A stretch of DNA of 64,000 nt from Eledone cirrhosa. Lineage: Eukaryota. Shown piece by piece: positions 48,118 to 61,160 of the stretch. The DNA lies in assembly GCA_964016885.1 (NCBI GenBank), contig OZ024766.1, forward strand, positions 9,734,001-9,798,000, given 5' to 3'. The position numbers and the translations under genes were made by a program. Under the pieces are notes generated by a model. It did not search any database and had not been told where the DNA came from. It saw only the letters and a program-made list of their open reading frames with translations. How positions within the stretch are numbered: the first letter of the stretch is position 1; each line of letters opens with the position of its first letter.

Positions 48118-50809
48118 CCCTTTAGTATTTACATTACTCTATATTTTCTATTATATTTTCACAGTTAAGGCTTTACCTCACATAATATCTCACATAACAT
48201 TTACATTACTCTATATATACTATTGTATTTTCACAGTAAAGGCTTTACCTCACATAATATCTCATATAACATTTACATTACTCTATATATACTATTGTAT
48301 TTTCACAGTAAAGGTTTTACCTCACATAATATCTCACATAACATCTACATTACACTATATATACTATTGTATTGTCACAGTAAAGGCTTTACCTCACATA
48401 ATATCTCACATAACATTTACATTACTCTATATATACTATTGTATTTTCACAGTAAAGGCTTTATCTCACATAACATTTACATTACTCTATATACACTATT
48501 GTATTTTCACAGTAAAGGCTTTACCTCACATAATATCTCCCATAACATTTACATTACTCTATATATACTATTGTATTTTCACAGTAAAGGCTTTACCTCA
48601 CATAATATCTCACATAACATTTACATTACTCTATATATACTATTGTATTTTCACAGTAAAGGCTTTACCTCACATAATATCTCACATAACACTTACATTA
48701 CTCTATATATGCTATTGTATTTTCACAGTAAAGGTTTTACCTCACATAATATCTCACATAACATTTACATTACTCTATATATACTATTGTATTTTCACAG
48801 TAAAGGCTTTACCTCACATAATATCGCACATAACATTTACATTACTCTATATTTTCTATTATATTTTCACAGTAAAGGTTTTACCTCACATAATATCTCA
48901 CATAACACTTACATTACTCTATATATGCTATTGTATTTTCACAGTAAAGGTTTTACCTCACATAATATCTCACATAACATTTACATTACTCTATATATAC
49001 TATTGTATTTTCACAGTAAAGGCTTTACCTCACATAATATCTCATAACATTTACATTACTCTATATTTTCTATTATATTTTCACAGTAAAGGTTTTACCT
49101 CACATAACATTTACATTACTCTATATATACTATTGTATTTTCACAGTAAAGGCTTTACCTCACATAATATCTCATAACATTTACATTACTCTATATTTTC
49201 TATTATATTTTCACAGTAAAGGTTTTACCTCACATAATATCTCACATAACATTTACATTACTCTATATATACTATTGTATTTTCACAGTAAAGGCTTTAC
49301 CTCACATAATATCTCATAACATTTACATTACTCTATATTTTCTATTATATTTTAACAGTAAAGGTTTTACCTCACATAATATCTCACATAACATTTACAT
49401 TACTCTATATTTTCTATTATATTTTCACAGTAAAGGTTTTACCTCACATAATATCTCACATAACATTTACATTACTCTATATATACTATTGTATTTTCAT
49501 AGTAAAGGCTTTACCTCACATAATATCTCACATAACACTTACATTACTCTATATATGCTATTGTATTTTCACAGTAAAGGTTTTACCTCACATAATATCT
49601 CACATAACATTTACATTACTCTATATATACTATTGTATTTTCACAGTAAAGGCTTTACCTCACATAATATCTCACATAACATTTACATTACTCTATATAT
49701 ACTATTGTATTTTCACAGTAAAGGCTTTACCTCACATAATATCTCACATAACATTTACATTACTCTATATATGCTATTGTATTTTCACAGTAAAGGTTTT
49801 ACCTCACATAATATCTCACATAACATTTACATTACTCTATATATGCTATTGTATTTTCACAGTAAAGGCTTTACCTCACATAATATCTCACATAACATTT
49901 ACATTACTCTATATATACTATTGTATTTTCACAGTAAAGGCTTTACCTCACATAATATCTCACATAACATCTACATTACACTATATATACTATTGTATTT
50001 TCACAGTAAAGGCTTTACCTCACATAATATCTCACATAACATTTACATTACTCTATATATACTATTGTATTTTCACAGTAAAGGCTTTACCTCACATAAT
50101 ATCTCACATAACATTTACATTACTCTATATATACTATTGTATTTTCACAGTAAAGGCTTTACCTCACATAATATCTCACATAACATTTACATTACTCTAT
50201 ATATGCTATTGTATTTTCACAGTAAAGGTTTTACCTCACATAATATCTCACATAACATTTACATTACTCTATATATGCTATTGTATTTTCACAGTAAAGG
50301 CTTTACCTCACATAACATTTACATTACTCTATATATACTATTGTATTTTCACAGTAAAGGCTTTACCTCACATAATATCTCACATAACATTTACATTACT
50401 CTATATATACTATTGTATTTTCACAGTAAAGGCTTTACCTCACATAATATCTCACATAACATCTACATTACACTATATATACTATTGTATTTTCACAGTA
50501 AAGGCTTTACCTCACATAATATCTCACATAACATTTACATTACTCTATATATACTATTGTATTTTCACAGTAAAGGCTTTACCTCACATAATATCTCACA
50601 TAACATCTACATTACACTATATATACTATTGTATTTTCACAGTAAAGGCTTTACCTCACATAATACCTCACATAACATTTACAATTACATCTACGAGATT
50701 TTGCTATTTTTTATATTGAGAGCAATACCTTAACGTCCGTATGAGCAGCCAATTACAGCTGGTTTGAACAGAATTCTGGCCAGATATGGCTGGTTTAAAT
50801 GCTTAAGAG
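48118..50809. mobile_element. piggyBac-like element with 72-bp array (~36 copies)
   Basis: TTAA|ccctttagtattta ... taaatgcttaagag|TTAA. Confidence 0.75.
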
Positions 50810-50886
50810 TTAAGTTACTGTCTTTGTAATGAAATAACTAATAGTTTTAGTAAATCTCTCAAAAGTCTTTGTGTGTGTTTTATTAG

Positions 50887-51063
<177 letters not shown>

Positions 51064-51064
51064 A

Positions 51065-51179
51065 CACATACATACGTTTACACACATTCACGTACATATA
51101 TATATATACACACATACACATACATACACACAGATTCACATACATATATATATATATATATATACACATACACACATTC

Positions 51180-51226
<47 letters not shown>

Positions 51227-51373
51227 CACATTCACATACATACGCACAGATTTACATACATATATATATATATATACACATACACACATTCACATACATA
51301 CACACAGATTCACATACATATATATATATATACACATACACACATTCACATACATACACACAGATTCACATAC

Positions 51374-51406
<33 letters not shown>

Positions 51407-51409
51407 TTC

Positions 51410-51448
<39 letters not shown>

Positions 51449-51656
51449 CACATTCACATACATACACACAGATTTACATACATACATATATATATATATA
51501 CACACATATACATACACACAGATTCACATATATATATATATATACACATATACATATACACACATATATACTCATATATATACATACACACACCTACCTT
51601 ATTTTTAACACAGATGGGTTCACCAGAAGTCCCCTTTTCGAGCATGTCTTACACGC

Positions 51657-51691
<35 letters not shown>

Positions 51692-51872
51692 TATATATTT
51701 ATATATATATATATACACACACATACTCAGATACGTACACACACATACATATATACACACACACATACTTAGATACACACACATACTCAGATAGGTACAC
51801 ACACATATATATATACACACACACAAATATATAAATACATATATTCACATATTCATACACACACACACACAG

Positions 51873-51931
<59 letters not shown>

Positions 51932-51990
51932 GACACATACATGCCCACACATTCATACACACACATGTACACATACATACACACACACAG

Positions 51991-52025
<35 letters not shown>

Positions 52026-52108
52026 GACACATGCCCACACAGTCACACATACATATATATATATATACAGACACATACATGCCCACACATGTACACATAC
52101 ATACACAC

Positions 52109-52141
<33 letters not shown>

Positions 52142-52200
52142 CAGACACATACATGCCCACACATTCATACACACACATGTACACATACATACACACACAT

Positions 52201-52243
<43 letters not shown>

Positions 52244-52290
52244 TATATATATATATATATATACAGACACATACATGCCCACACATTCAT

Positions 52291-52325
<35 letters not shown>

Positions 52326-52344
52326 CAGACACATACATGCCCAC

Positions 52345-52377
<33 letters not shown>

Positions 52378-52396
52378 CAGACACATACATGCCCAC

Positions 52397-52429
<33 letters not shown>

Positions 52430-52454
52430 CAGACACATACATGCCCACACATTA

Positions 52455-52490
<36 letters not shown>

Positions 52491-52500
52491 ACACACACAC
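51065..52500. repeat. (CA)n/(TA)n compound microsatellite in the presumed 3' UTR
   Basis: Direct inspection. Confidence 0.92.
51605..51652 (+). pseudogene. Diverged duplicate of the SMAD C-terminal coding segment ([16 protein letters not shown]...) in the presumed 3' UTR
   Basis: Aligns codon by codon with 51016-51063; stop TAA replaced by TAC. Confidence 0.85.
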
Positions 52501-53394
52501 TTACCTACCTACTTTACCTTACCTGTCCTACCTTACCTGTGTATCATTAGTTAGGCGTCTGTCTCTGCTGGTCCGAGTGTGTGTGTGTTTATGTGTGTGT
52601 GTGTGTGTGTATATGTGTGTGTGTCACTTTTGCTACTACTGCTCTTGTTGTTGTTGATGTTGATGATGGTGTTTATGGGGGGGGGGGGGGTCTATTGCAG
52701 ATGATGATGATGATGATGGTGGTGGGGATGGCTGTTGGCTATTTAAGGCGATTTGATGATGATGATGATGATGGTGGTGGGGATGGCTGTTGGCTATTTG
52801 ATGATGATGATGGTGGTGGTGTGGATGGCTGTTGGCTATTTAAGGCCATGATGATGATGGTCAGTTGGTGGTGGTGGGGTTGGCTGTTGGCTATTTGATG
52901 ATGATGATGATGATGATGGTGGGGTTGGCTGTTGGCTATTAAAGGCCATGATGATGATGATGATGATGGTGGTGGTGTGGATGGCTGTTGCCTATTTAAG
53001 GCCATGATGATGATGGTCAGTTGGTGATGATGGTCAGTTGGCTGTTGGCTATTAAAGGCAGTGATGGTGGTGGTGGTGGTGGTGGTGTTGGTGTGATTGT
53101 GTGTGGAGGAGTTTGGAAGTGGAGGAGGAGTAGGTGATATATAGAAAGAGAGAGAGAGAGAGAGAGGGCTGGGTGGTGGTTTGGTGAGGTGGCATACCGC
53201 AGCATGTGAGAGACGCAGGGTGTCCGTGGTCCCGCGGTGGGGTACGAGTGTATGGCGTGTCTTAGGTGTAAGAGGGGCTGTGTGGTATTTGAAATGTAGG
53301 GTGTCAGGAGAGGTGGTTTGGGGGGTGGGGTGGGGGAGCTTTTCTTAATAGGTAGAGAAAAAGAGAGGTAGGTGGTATTTGAGAGGCCAAGTGT

Positions 53395-54230
53395 CAGTGG
53401 TTTTAGGGGGGCGTTATTTGAGAGGCAGGGTGTCTGGTGGTGGTTTTAGGGGGGCGTTATTTGAGAGGAAGGGTGTCTGGTGGTGGTTTTAGGGGGGGGT
53501 TATTTGAGAGGAAGGGTGTCTGGTGGTGGTTTTAGGGGGAGTTATTTGAGAGGAAGGGTGTCTGGTGGTGGTTTTAGGGGGGGGTTATTTGAGAGGAAGG
53601 GTGTCTGGTGGTGGTTTTAGGGGGAGTTATTTGAGAGGAAGGGTGTCTGGTGGTGGTTTTAGGGGGAGTTATTTGAGAGGAAGGGTGTCTGGTGGTGGTT
53701 TTAGGGGGGGGTTATTTGAGAGGAAGGGTGTCTGGTGGTGGTTTTAGGGGGAGTTATTTGAGAGGAAGGGTGTCTGGTGGTGGTTTTAGGGGGGGGTTAT
53801 TTGAGAGGAAGGGTGTCTGGTGGTGGTTTTAGGGGGAGTTATTTGAGAGGAAGGGTGTCTGGTGGTGGTTTTAGGGGGGCGTTATTTGAGAGGCAGGGTG
53901 TCTGGTGGTGGTTTTAGGGGGGGGGGTTATTTGAGAGGAAGGGTGTCTGGTGGTGGTTTTAGGGGGGCGTTATTTGAGAGGCAGGGTGTCTGGTGGTGGT
54001 TTTAGGGGGGGGGGGTTATTTGAGAGGAAGGGTGTCTGGTGGTGGTTTTAGGGGGGGGGGGGGTTATTTGAGAGGAAGGGTGTCTGGTGGTGGTTTTAGG
54101 GGGCGGTGGAGCTTTTCTTTGTAGGGGGAGCTGGTTATTTGAGAGGCAGGGTGGGGGGGGGGCTTTTCTTTGTAGGGAGGGCTGGTTATTTGAGAGGCAG
54201 GGTGTCTGGGGGTGGTTTTAGGGGGCGGTG
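53395..54230. repeat. G-rich ~41-bp minisatellite (~18 copies)
   Basis: Unit ttatttgagaggaagggtgtctggtggtggttttaggggg(g). Confidence 0.93.
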
Positions 54231-54800
54231 GAGCTTTTCTTAACAGGTAGACAGAAAGGTGGGGGTTTTGTGATATTTGAGAAGTAGGCTGTTCATGGGG
54301 TGGGGGTGTGGTATTTGAGAGGCATGGTGGTGGTGGTGGTGGAGGGGGGTTTTTTTTGTTATGTATATGGTGGTAGTTGAGAGAGAAAGAAAGGGGTTGT
54401 TAGCATCTGAGAAGCAGGGTGGTGGTACACATTGGGGAGGTGTATGGGGATAGGGGAGAGAAAGAGGGTGGTGTTTGCGGGGGTTTTGAAAAGGGGTTGG
54501 GGGGTATTTGAGAGAGAGAGAGAACGACGGGGCTAGGTGTGAGAGAGAGAGAGAGAACGACGGGGCTAGGTGTGAGAGAGAGAGAGAACGACGGGGGTAG
54601 GTGAGAGAGAGAGACTGAGGGCGGTTGGAGGGGGGGGTTACTTGGAGAGGCAGGGTGATGACGTCGGCGGTGACTGGAATGTATTACCGTGTGCAGGGAG
54701 AGGGATGGCGTGGGGGTGTGTTTAACAACAACAACAACAACAACAACAAGAGCAGCAGCAGCAGTGATGATGATGATGACGATGATGATGGTGGAGTGAA

Positions 54801-54833
<33 letters not shown>

Positions 54834-55272
54834 ACAGGAAGATGATGATTATTATTATTATTATGATGACAGTGGCGGTGATGGTGGGAGGAAGAAAAAG
54901 AAAGAAAGAAAGAGAGGAAGAAGAAAAAAATACAAAGAAACAAACAAACAAACAAACATTGAAAAATGACATTATGATGATGATGGTGATGTCATTTTTA
55001 TTTTAATTATGATTATAGTATTATTATTATTTTAATGTTATTATGATGATTATATAATTGTCATTATTACTATTATTATTATTATTATTATTACCATATT
55101 TAGTTATGTTAAGTTCTGAATCCTGCCAAGGTCAACTTTTTTTGCTTTTTTTTTTTTTTTTTTTTTTGATTTTTTTTTTTTTTTTTATGGGAGAAAAAAA
55201 AAATTTCCCCTCCCCCCTCACCCTTCTGTGGTTGATTGAAGAAGAAAAGGAAAAAAAAGAAAAGAAAATTTA

Positions 55273-55312
55273 AATAAAACGAAGAAAAAAAAATTATAAA
55301 TAAATAAATAAA
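55273..55312 (+). promoter_or_regulatory. Candidate polyadenylation signals (clustered AATAAA) for the SMAD transcript
   Basis: AATAAA at 55273 and tandem at ~55299-55312 after U-rich tracts; no transcript evidence, and part may be a SINE remnant. Confidence 0.3.
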
Positions 55313-55459
55313 AGTACCAGTGAAATACTGGGGCTCACTTGAATCGAAAATTGTGCTGCCCTTTTAACATTGATTATTTATTTGGGGGTCAGATTAGAAA
55401 AACTCTTCTGTTAGAAATTGGTGGTGGTGTGGTGTTGTTATACACAGCCACAAAGACAC

Positions 55460-56225
55460 ATATATATATATATATATATATACACTCTATATATATATAT
55501 ATATATACACTCCATATATATATATATACACTCCATATATATATATATACACTCCGTATATATATATATACACTCCGTATATATATATATACACTCCGTA
55601 TATATATATATACACTCCGTATATATATATATATACACTCCGTATATATATATATACACTCCGTATATATATATATACACTCCGTATATATATATATACA
55701 CTCTGTATATATATATATATATATATATACACACTCCGTATATATATATATATATACACTCCGTATATATATATATATATATACACTCCGTATATATATA
55801 TATATATACACTCCGTATATATATATATATATACACTCCGTATATATATATATATACACTCCGTATATATATATATACACTCCGTATATATATATACACT
55901 CCGTATATATATATATATACACTCCGTATATATATATATATACACTCCGTATATATATATATATACACTCCGTATATATATATATATATATATACACTCC
56001 ATATATATATATATATACACTCCATATATATATATATACACTCCATATATATATATATATACACTCCGTATATATATATATACACTCCATATATATATAT
56101 ATATACACTCCGTATATATATATATACACTCCATATATATATATATACACTCCGTATATATATATATATACACTCCGTATATATATATATACACTCCGTA
56201 TATATATATATACACTCCGTTATAT
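55460..56225. repeat. [(TA)n-CACTCCG] compound microsatellite
   Basis: Direct inspection. Confidence 0.95.
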
Positions 56226-56518
56226 ATAACGAAGGAAATGTGGTAAGGAACCAGGTGGACCATAACGCACCAAAGTACTCAATACTTAGGGTAGTAGTGT
56301 GGGTAATAGGAACGAGTAGGACCCCGACGGCTGAGCTCAAGCTGTTTCGACGGCTAGTTCAGAACTAGCCGTTGAAATGGCTTGAGCTCAGCCGTCGGGG
56401 TCCTACTCGTTCCTATATATATATATATGTGTGTGTGTGTAAACAGAAATAACAACACAATCAGTACAGTATACGGAAGGTATATATTAGGTTAACACTT
56501 GATATAGCAGGAAGAGGG

Positions 56519-56554
56519 TCTTAACGTTTCAGACCCTAGTCCTTCATCAGAAGA
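56519..56554 (-). ncRNA. Minimal hammerhead motif; sister copies at 57596-57631 and 59627-59662, mutated copy at 35550-35585
   Basis: Minus strand: tctt-CTGATGA-aggac tagg gtct-GAAA-cg-TT-aaga. Confidence 0.65.
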
Positions 56555-56874
56555 AAGAATGAGAAATAAAATAGATTGAGGGGACGGGTGGGGTGGAATT
56601 GGAAAAAATGTCTTTAGATAAAAATAACAGGCCCATTCATGTTGACATCTCTTGCAGAACTGTTGATGCTGGCGTTTTGTGTATGATTTATTTATTATTT
56701 TTTAGAAAAGTGGATGATGGAGCGCGTCTACCTGAAATGGAAAAAAAAAACGTTTTGTAAAAAGAGCTCTACTTGAGCACATGTGTAATATATATATATA
56801 CATATATATAAAGGTAGAACACTGGAAGGTAATATCCGTAGTGGTAGAGCACTCAGTCCTTGGGACAAGTTTGA

Positions 56875-57020
56875 TAGAAGTGGTAACACAACAGTTAGTT
56901 CACCAGACTGAGAACAAATGTTTCATTTTGTGTGGATCTTCAGCTCGGTTTAGCTGAGGGCCCACATAAAGTAAAACATTTGTTCTCAGTTTGGTGAACT
57001 AACTGTTGTTACTACTTCTA
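56875..57020. repeat. Fold-back palindrome with a hammerhead-like core on the minus strand (56910-56946)
   Basis: gag-CTGAAGA-tccacacaaaat-GAAA-catttg-TT-ctc; stem II weak. Confidence 0.6.
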
Positions 57021-57029
57021 CATATATAT

Positions 57030-57422
57030 ATATGTTTAATATAGAAATGGCTTTTACAGGACTAGAACTGTTTCATTCAAGAGAAATCATCAGAAAAACC
57101 CTACTTCTACAGATATATATGTTTAATATAGAAATGGCTTTTACAGGACTAGAACTGTTTCATTCAAGAGAAATCATCAGAAAAACCCTACTTCTACATA
57201 TATATATATGTTTAATATAGAAATGGCTTTTACAGGACTAGAACTGTTTCATTCAAGAGAAATCATCAGAAAAACCCTACTTCTACAGATATATATGTTT
57301 AATATAGAAATGGCTTTTACAGGACTAGAACTGTTTCATTCAAGAGAAATCATCAGAAAAACCCTGATGATTTCCTTTGAATGAAACAGTTCTAGTCCTG
57401 TAGAAGCCATTTCTATATTAAA
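57030..57422. repeat. ~88-bp tandem repeat (4 copies) plus inverted copy, each carrying a CTGATGA...GAAA core
   Basis: Same family as the 22417 palindrome. Confidence 0.8.
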
Positions 57423-57696
57423 TATTTATAATCTGCTATGTATTGAGTACCTTACTTACTGTGGTTACCCCCGATTGAACCCGGGATTCACACACACATA
57501 TATAGGCAAAGTGTAAACAGAAATAACAAAGCAAACAACACAGTACAATGAAGAAATATATTTTTAGTTTTACGCTTGATATAGTAGGAAAAGGGTCTTA
57601 ACGTTTCAGGTGCTAGTCCTTCATCAGAAGAAAGAATGAGAAATTAAAGAAGATATAGAAAGTTTGAAGAGACAGCGAAACAGAAAGAAAATTTTT

Positions 57697-57727
<31 letters not shown>

Positions 57728-57742
57728 GACGACAGACACAGT

Positions 57743-58015
57743 GTGATCAGAAAAACTTATTTAATTATATATTTTAACATATGTTTCATCATTGAGTTAT
57801 GTCAAAGTGTCTACGAGAGCTGTTTAGAGGTATATTTTTCCAATCACAATAGATTGTTACTCAGCAAATCTCTTAAAGATTCATTGAGTAACAATGTATT
57901 GCGAGGGAGTGATTGAAAACATTAATATCTCTAAACAGCTCTTGTAGACCCTTCAACGTAACTCCATGATGAAACACGTGTTACAATTTATAATTAAATA
58001 GGTTTTTCTGATCAC
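57743..58015. repeat. Long imperfect inverted repeat; partly duplicated at 59720-59940
   Basis: gtgatcagaaaaact...aggtttttctgatcac. Confidence 0.8.
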
Positions 58016-58434
58016 TCTTTATCTATTTTTCTTAACATGTTGATATATACATACTCCATGAATTATTGGAACATGAAAAATACCGATGGAACACCCCACA
58101 TAGAATATTGTATTGCAGGAGTCAGTTATGTATGTTGAGAAAACTTTTTGGTAAGCTGTTACTTCATTAATTGTTGAATTACCACTCCACCAGTTTGATT
58201 TTTACCAACAAAAATTGGAAACTGCCTTATCTTATATATATATAATATATTATATATATATAAATATATTATATATATAATATATATATATAACCATCCA
58301 ATCCAAAGATGGACGTTAAACGATGATGATTATGTGTGTGTATATATATATGTATATATGTGTAACAGCTCACACCTATGCAGGTTTAGCTGGCCTCCTC
58401 CAAGGTATATCTCTTGGGTAATTTAATGATATGG

Positions 58435-58592
58435 ACCCCAGTCCCTATCATCTCATTTCTACAGCTGAGTAAACTGGAGCAACGTGAAATAAAGTGTCTT
58501 GCTCAAGGAAACAACACATCACCCGCTCTGAGAATTGAACTCACAACCTTTCGATTGCAAGCCCAATGCTCTAACCACCAAGCCATACACCT
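58435..58592 (-). mobile_element. SINE family 2, 5' half
   Basis: Reverse complement of the tRNA head and CORE-like region. Confidence 0.8.
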
Positions 58593-58889
58593 TCGTGTGT
58601 GTGTGTACACACATACATATATATTTGAGTTTCGTATTTCTAAAGAAATATATGTTAAGGATGTGATTGGACCTCTTCAGCACAGCACAACATCTCTCCA
58701 TTCGTTACGGTCCCTTGTCATCTCCTCTCTGAGCTTCAGCCATCTGAGGCCTGCTCTCACCACCTCACAGAGGAGATGACGAGGGGCTGTGACAAGTGGA
58801 GAGATGCTGTGCTGAAGAGGAGCCGTGCCACCCTTGCAAGCAGGGAAAAACAGACATAATATGATGATACATATATATATATATAACTA

Positions 58890-59295
58890 ATAATTGTTTC
58901 TACTTTAGGCACAAGGCCAGCAATTACCCCAGTGTATTACTGGTACTTTATTTTATCGACCCTGTAATAATTGTTTCTACTTTTGGCACAAGGCCAGCAA
59001 TTATCCCAGTGTATTACTGGTACTTTATTTTATCAACCCTGTAATAACTGTTTCTACTTTAGGCACAAGGCCAGCAATTATCCCAGTGTATTACTGGTAC
59101 TTTATTTTATCAACCCTGTAATAATTGTTTCTACTTTTGGCACAAGGCCAGCAATTACCCCAGTGTATTACTGGTACTTTATTTTATCAACCCTGTAAGG
59201 ATTAAAGGCAAAGTCAACTTCGGCGAGATTTGAACTCAGAATGGCAAGGGCCGTAACTCTATGCGTCAAAGCATGGCGTCCGACCCTCTCTACCA
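58890..59295 (-). mobile_element. SINE family 1 with ~4 tandem 77-bp 3' units
   Basis: B-box gagttcaaatc on minus; same unit as 25645. Confidence 0.85.
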
Positions 59296-59944
59296 TTCAA
59301 GAGAAATCATCAGAAAAACCCTACTTCTACAGATATATATGTTTAATATAGAAATGGCTTTTACAGGACTAGAACTGTTTCATTCAAGAGAAATCATCAG
59401 AAAAACCCTGATGATTTCCTTTGAATGAAACAGTTCTAGTCCTGTAGAAGCCATTTCTATATTAAATATTTATAATCTGCTATGTATTGAGTACCTTACT
59501 GACTGGTTACCTCCGATTGAACACACACATATATAGGCAAAGTGTAAACAGAAATAACAAAGCAAACAACACAGTACGATGAAGAAATATATTTTTAGTT
59601 TTACGCTTGATATAGTAGGAAAAGGGTCTTAACGTTTCAGGTGCTAGTCCTTCATCAGAAGAAAGAATGAGAAATTAAAGAAGATATATATATATATATA
59701 TATATGACGACAGACACAGTGTGATCAGAAAAACTTATTTAATTATATATTTTAACATGTTTCATCATTGAGTTATGTCAAAGTGTCTACGAGAGCTGTT
59801 TAGAGGTATATATTTTTCCAATCACAATAGATTGTTACTCAGCAAATCTCTTGAAGATTCATTGAGTAACAATGTATTGCGAGGGAGTGATTGAAAACAT
59901 TAATATCTCTAAACAGCTCTTGTAGACCCTTCAACGTAATTCTA

Positions 59945-60300
59945 TGATGTGGGAGATATTGCTGTGTTTCAGATGACATCCTTTGGAGCTGTGTTGTTTA
60001 GGAGGAAAGGTCAGACATCCACTGATAGAGGACCCTCCAGCTTTTATCCCTATACTACTTACAGTCCGTACTAACGTAGCTAAACACTTCAGAAGCAATG
60101 TTATGTGGTATATTGCTGTGTTTCAGATGACATCCTTTGGAGCTGTGTTGTTTAGAAGGAAAGGTCAGACATCCACTGATAGAGGACCCTCCAGCTTTTA
60201 TCCCTATACTACTTACAGTCCGTACTAACGTAGCTAAACACTTCAGAAGCAATGTTATGTGGTATATTGCTGTGTTTCAGATGACATCCTTTGGAGCTAT
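59945..60300 (+). repeat. 154-bp Helitron-derived repeat (~2 copies)
   Basis: Same unit as 61161-62814. Confidence 0.85.
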
Positions 60301-61160
60301 GTTGAAATGTTAATAGCCAGCCTGTGACCAAGATATTCTCATGGAATGACCAAATGAGGTTTATTTTTCAACGTAGTCCTTGGAAAGAAACAATGCAGTT
60401 ATTAAGAGTAAGCAAGATTTCACAGCTTTAGCATCACTCTTTCATAGTCTATGAACTTTTCAGCCGACCTTCATATTTACACACACACACATATATGTAC
60501 ATACAATATTCGGGTGTGATTTGGTTGTTATTTATACACATCAATCACAGTTATTAATAAAAAGGGTTTATATGAATGCATGTAAGATTTCCTTCATAGT
60601 TTGACCAAGATACTCTCATGGAATGACCAAATGAGGTTTATTTGACCAAGATACTCTCATGGAATGACCAAATGAGGTTTATTTGACCAAGATACTCTCA
60701 TGGAATGACAAAATGAGGTTTATTTTTCAACGTGCCAAGATCTATTGGCCATTGCCTTTCCTCTGGAGAACATTTCACAGCTCTAGCATCACTCCTTCAT
60801 AGCTAGCATTCATACATACCTTTGTATATATATATAGACAGATACATACAATAGTAGGGTGTGATTTGGTTGTTATTTATACACATCAATTACAGTTACC
60901 ATTGCAGTTATTAATAAAAAGAGTTTATATGAATGCATTTCACAGCTCCAGCATCACGACTTCACAACCAAGATACTCTCATGGAATGACCAAATGAGGT
61001 TTATTCTTCAACATACTCTCTCTCGTTTATTTCCAGGGACTAACATCCCATGAAAGTATCAGTTGAAGGTTTAACAATATTGTGTGAGCTTCTATAAAGT
61101 AGTTTTACAGTCTTTGATTTTACAGAACAAAGAAAAATTGATACTATTTGAAATAAATCT

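Noticed and set aside
57743-58015. Hammerhead within this inverted repeat (GAAA-cacgtg-TT)
   Set aside because: No convincing CTGANGA core upstream
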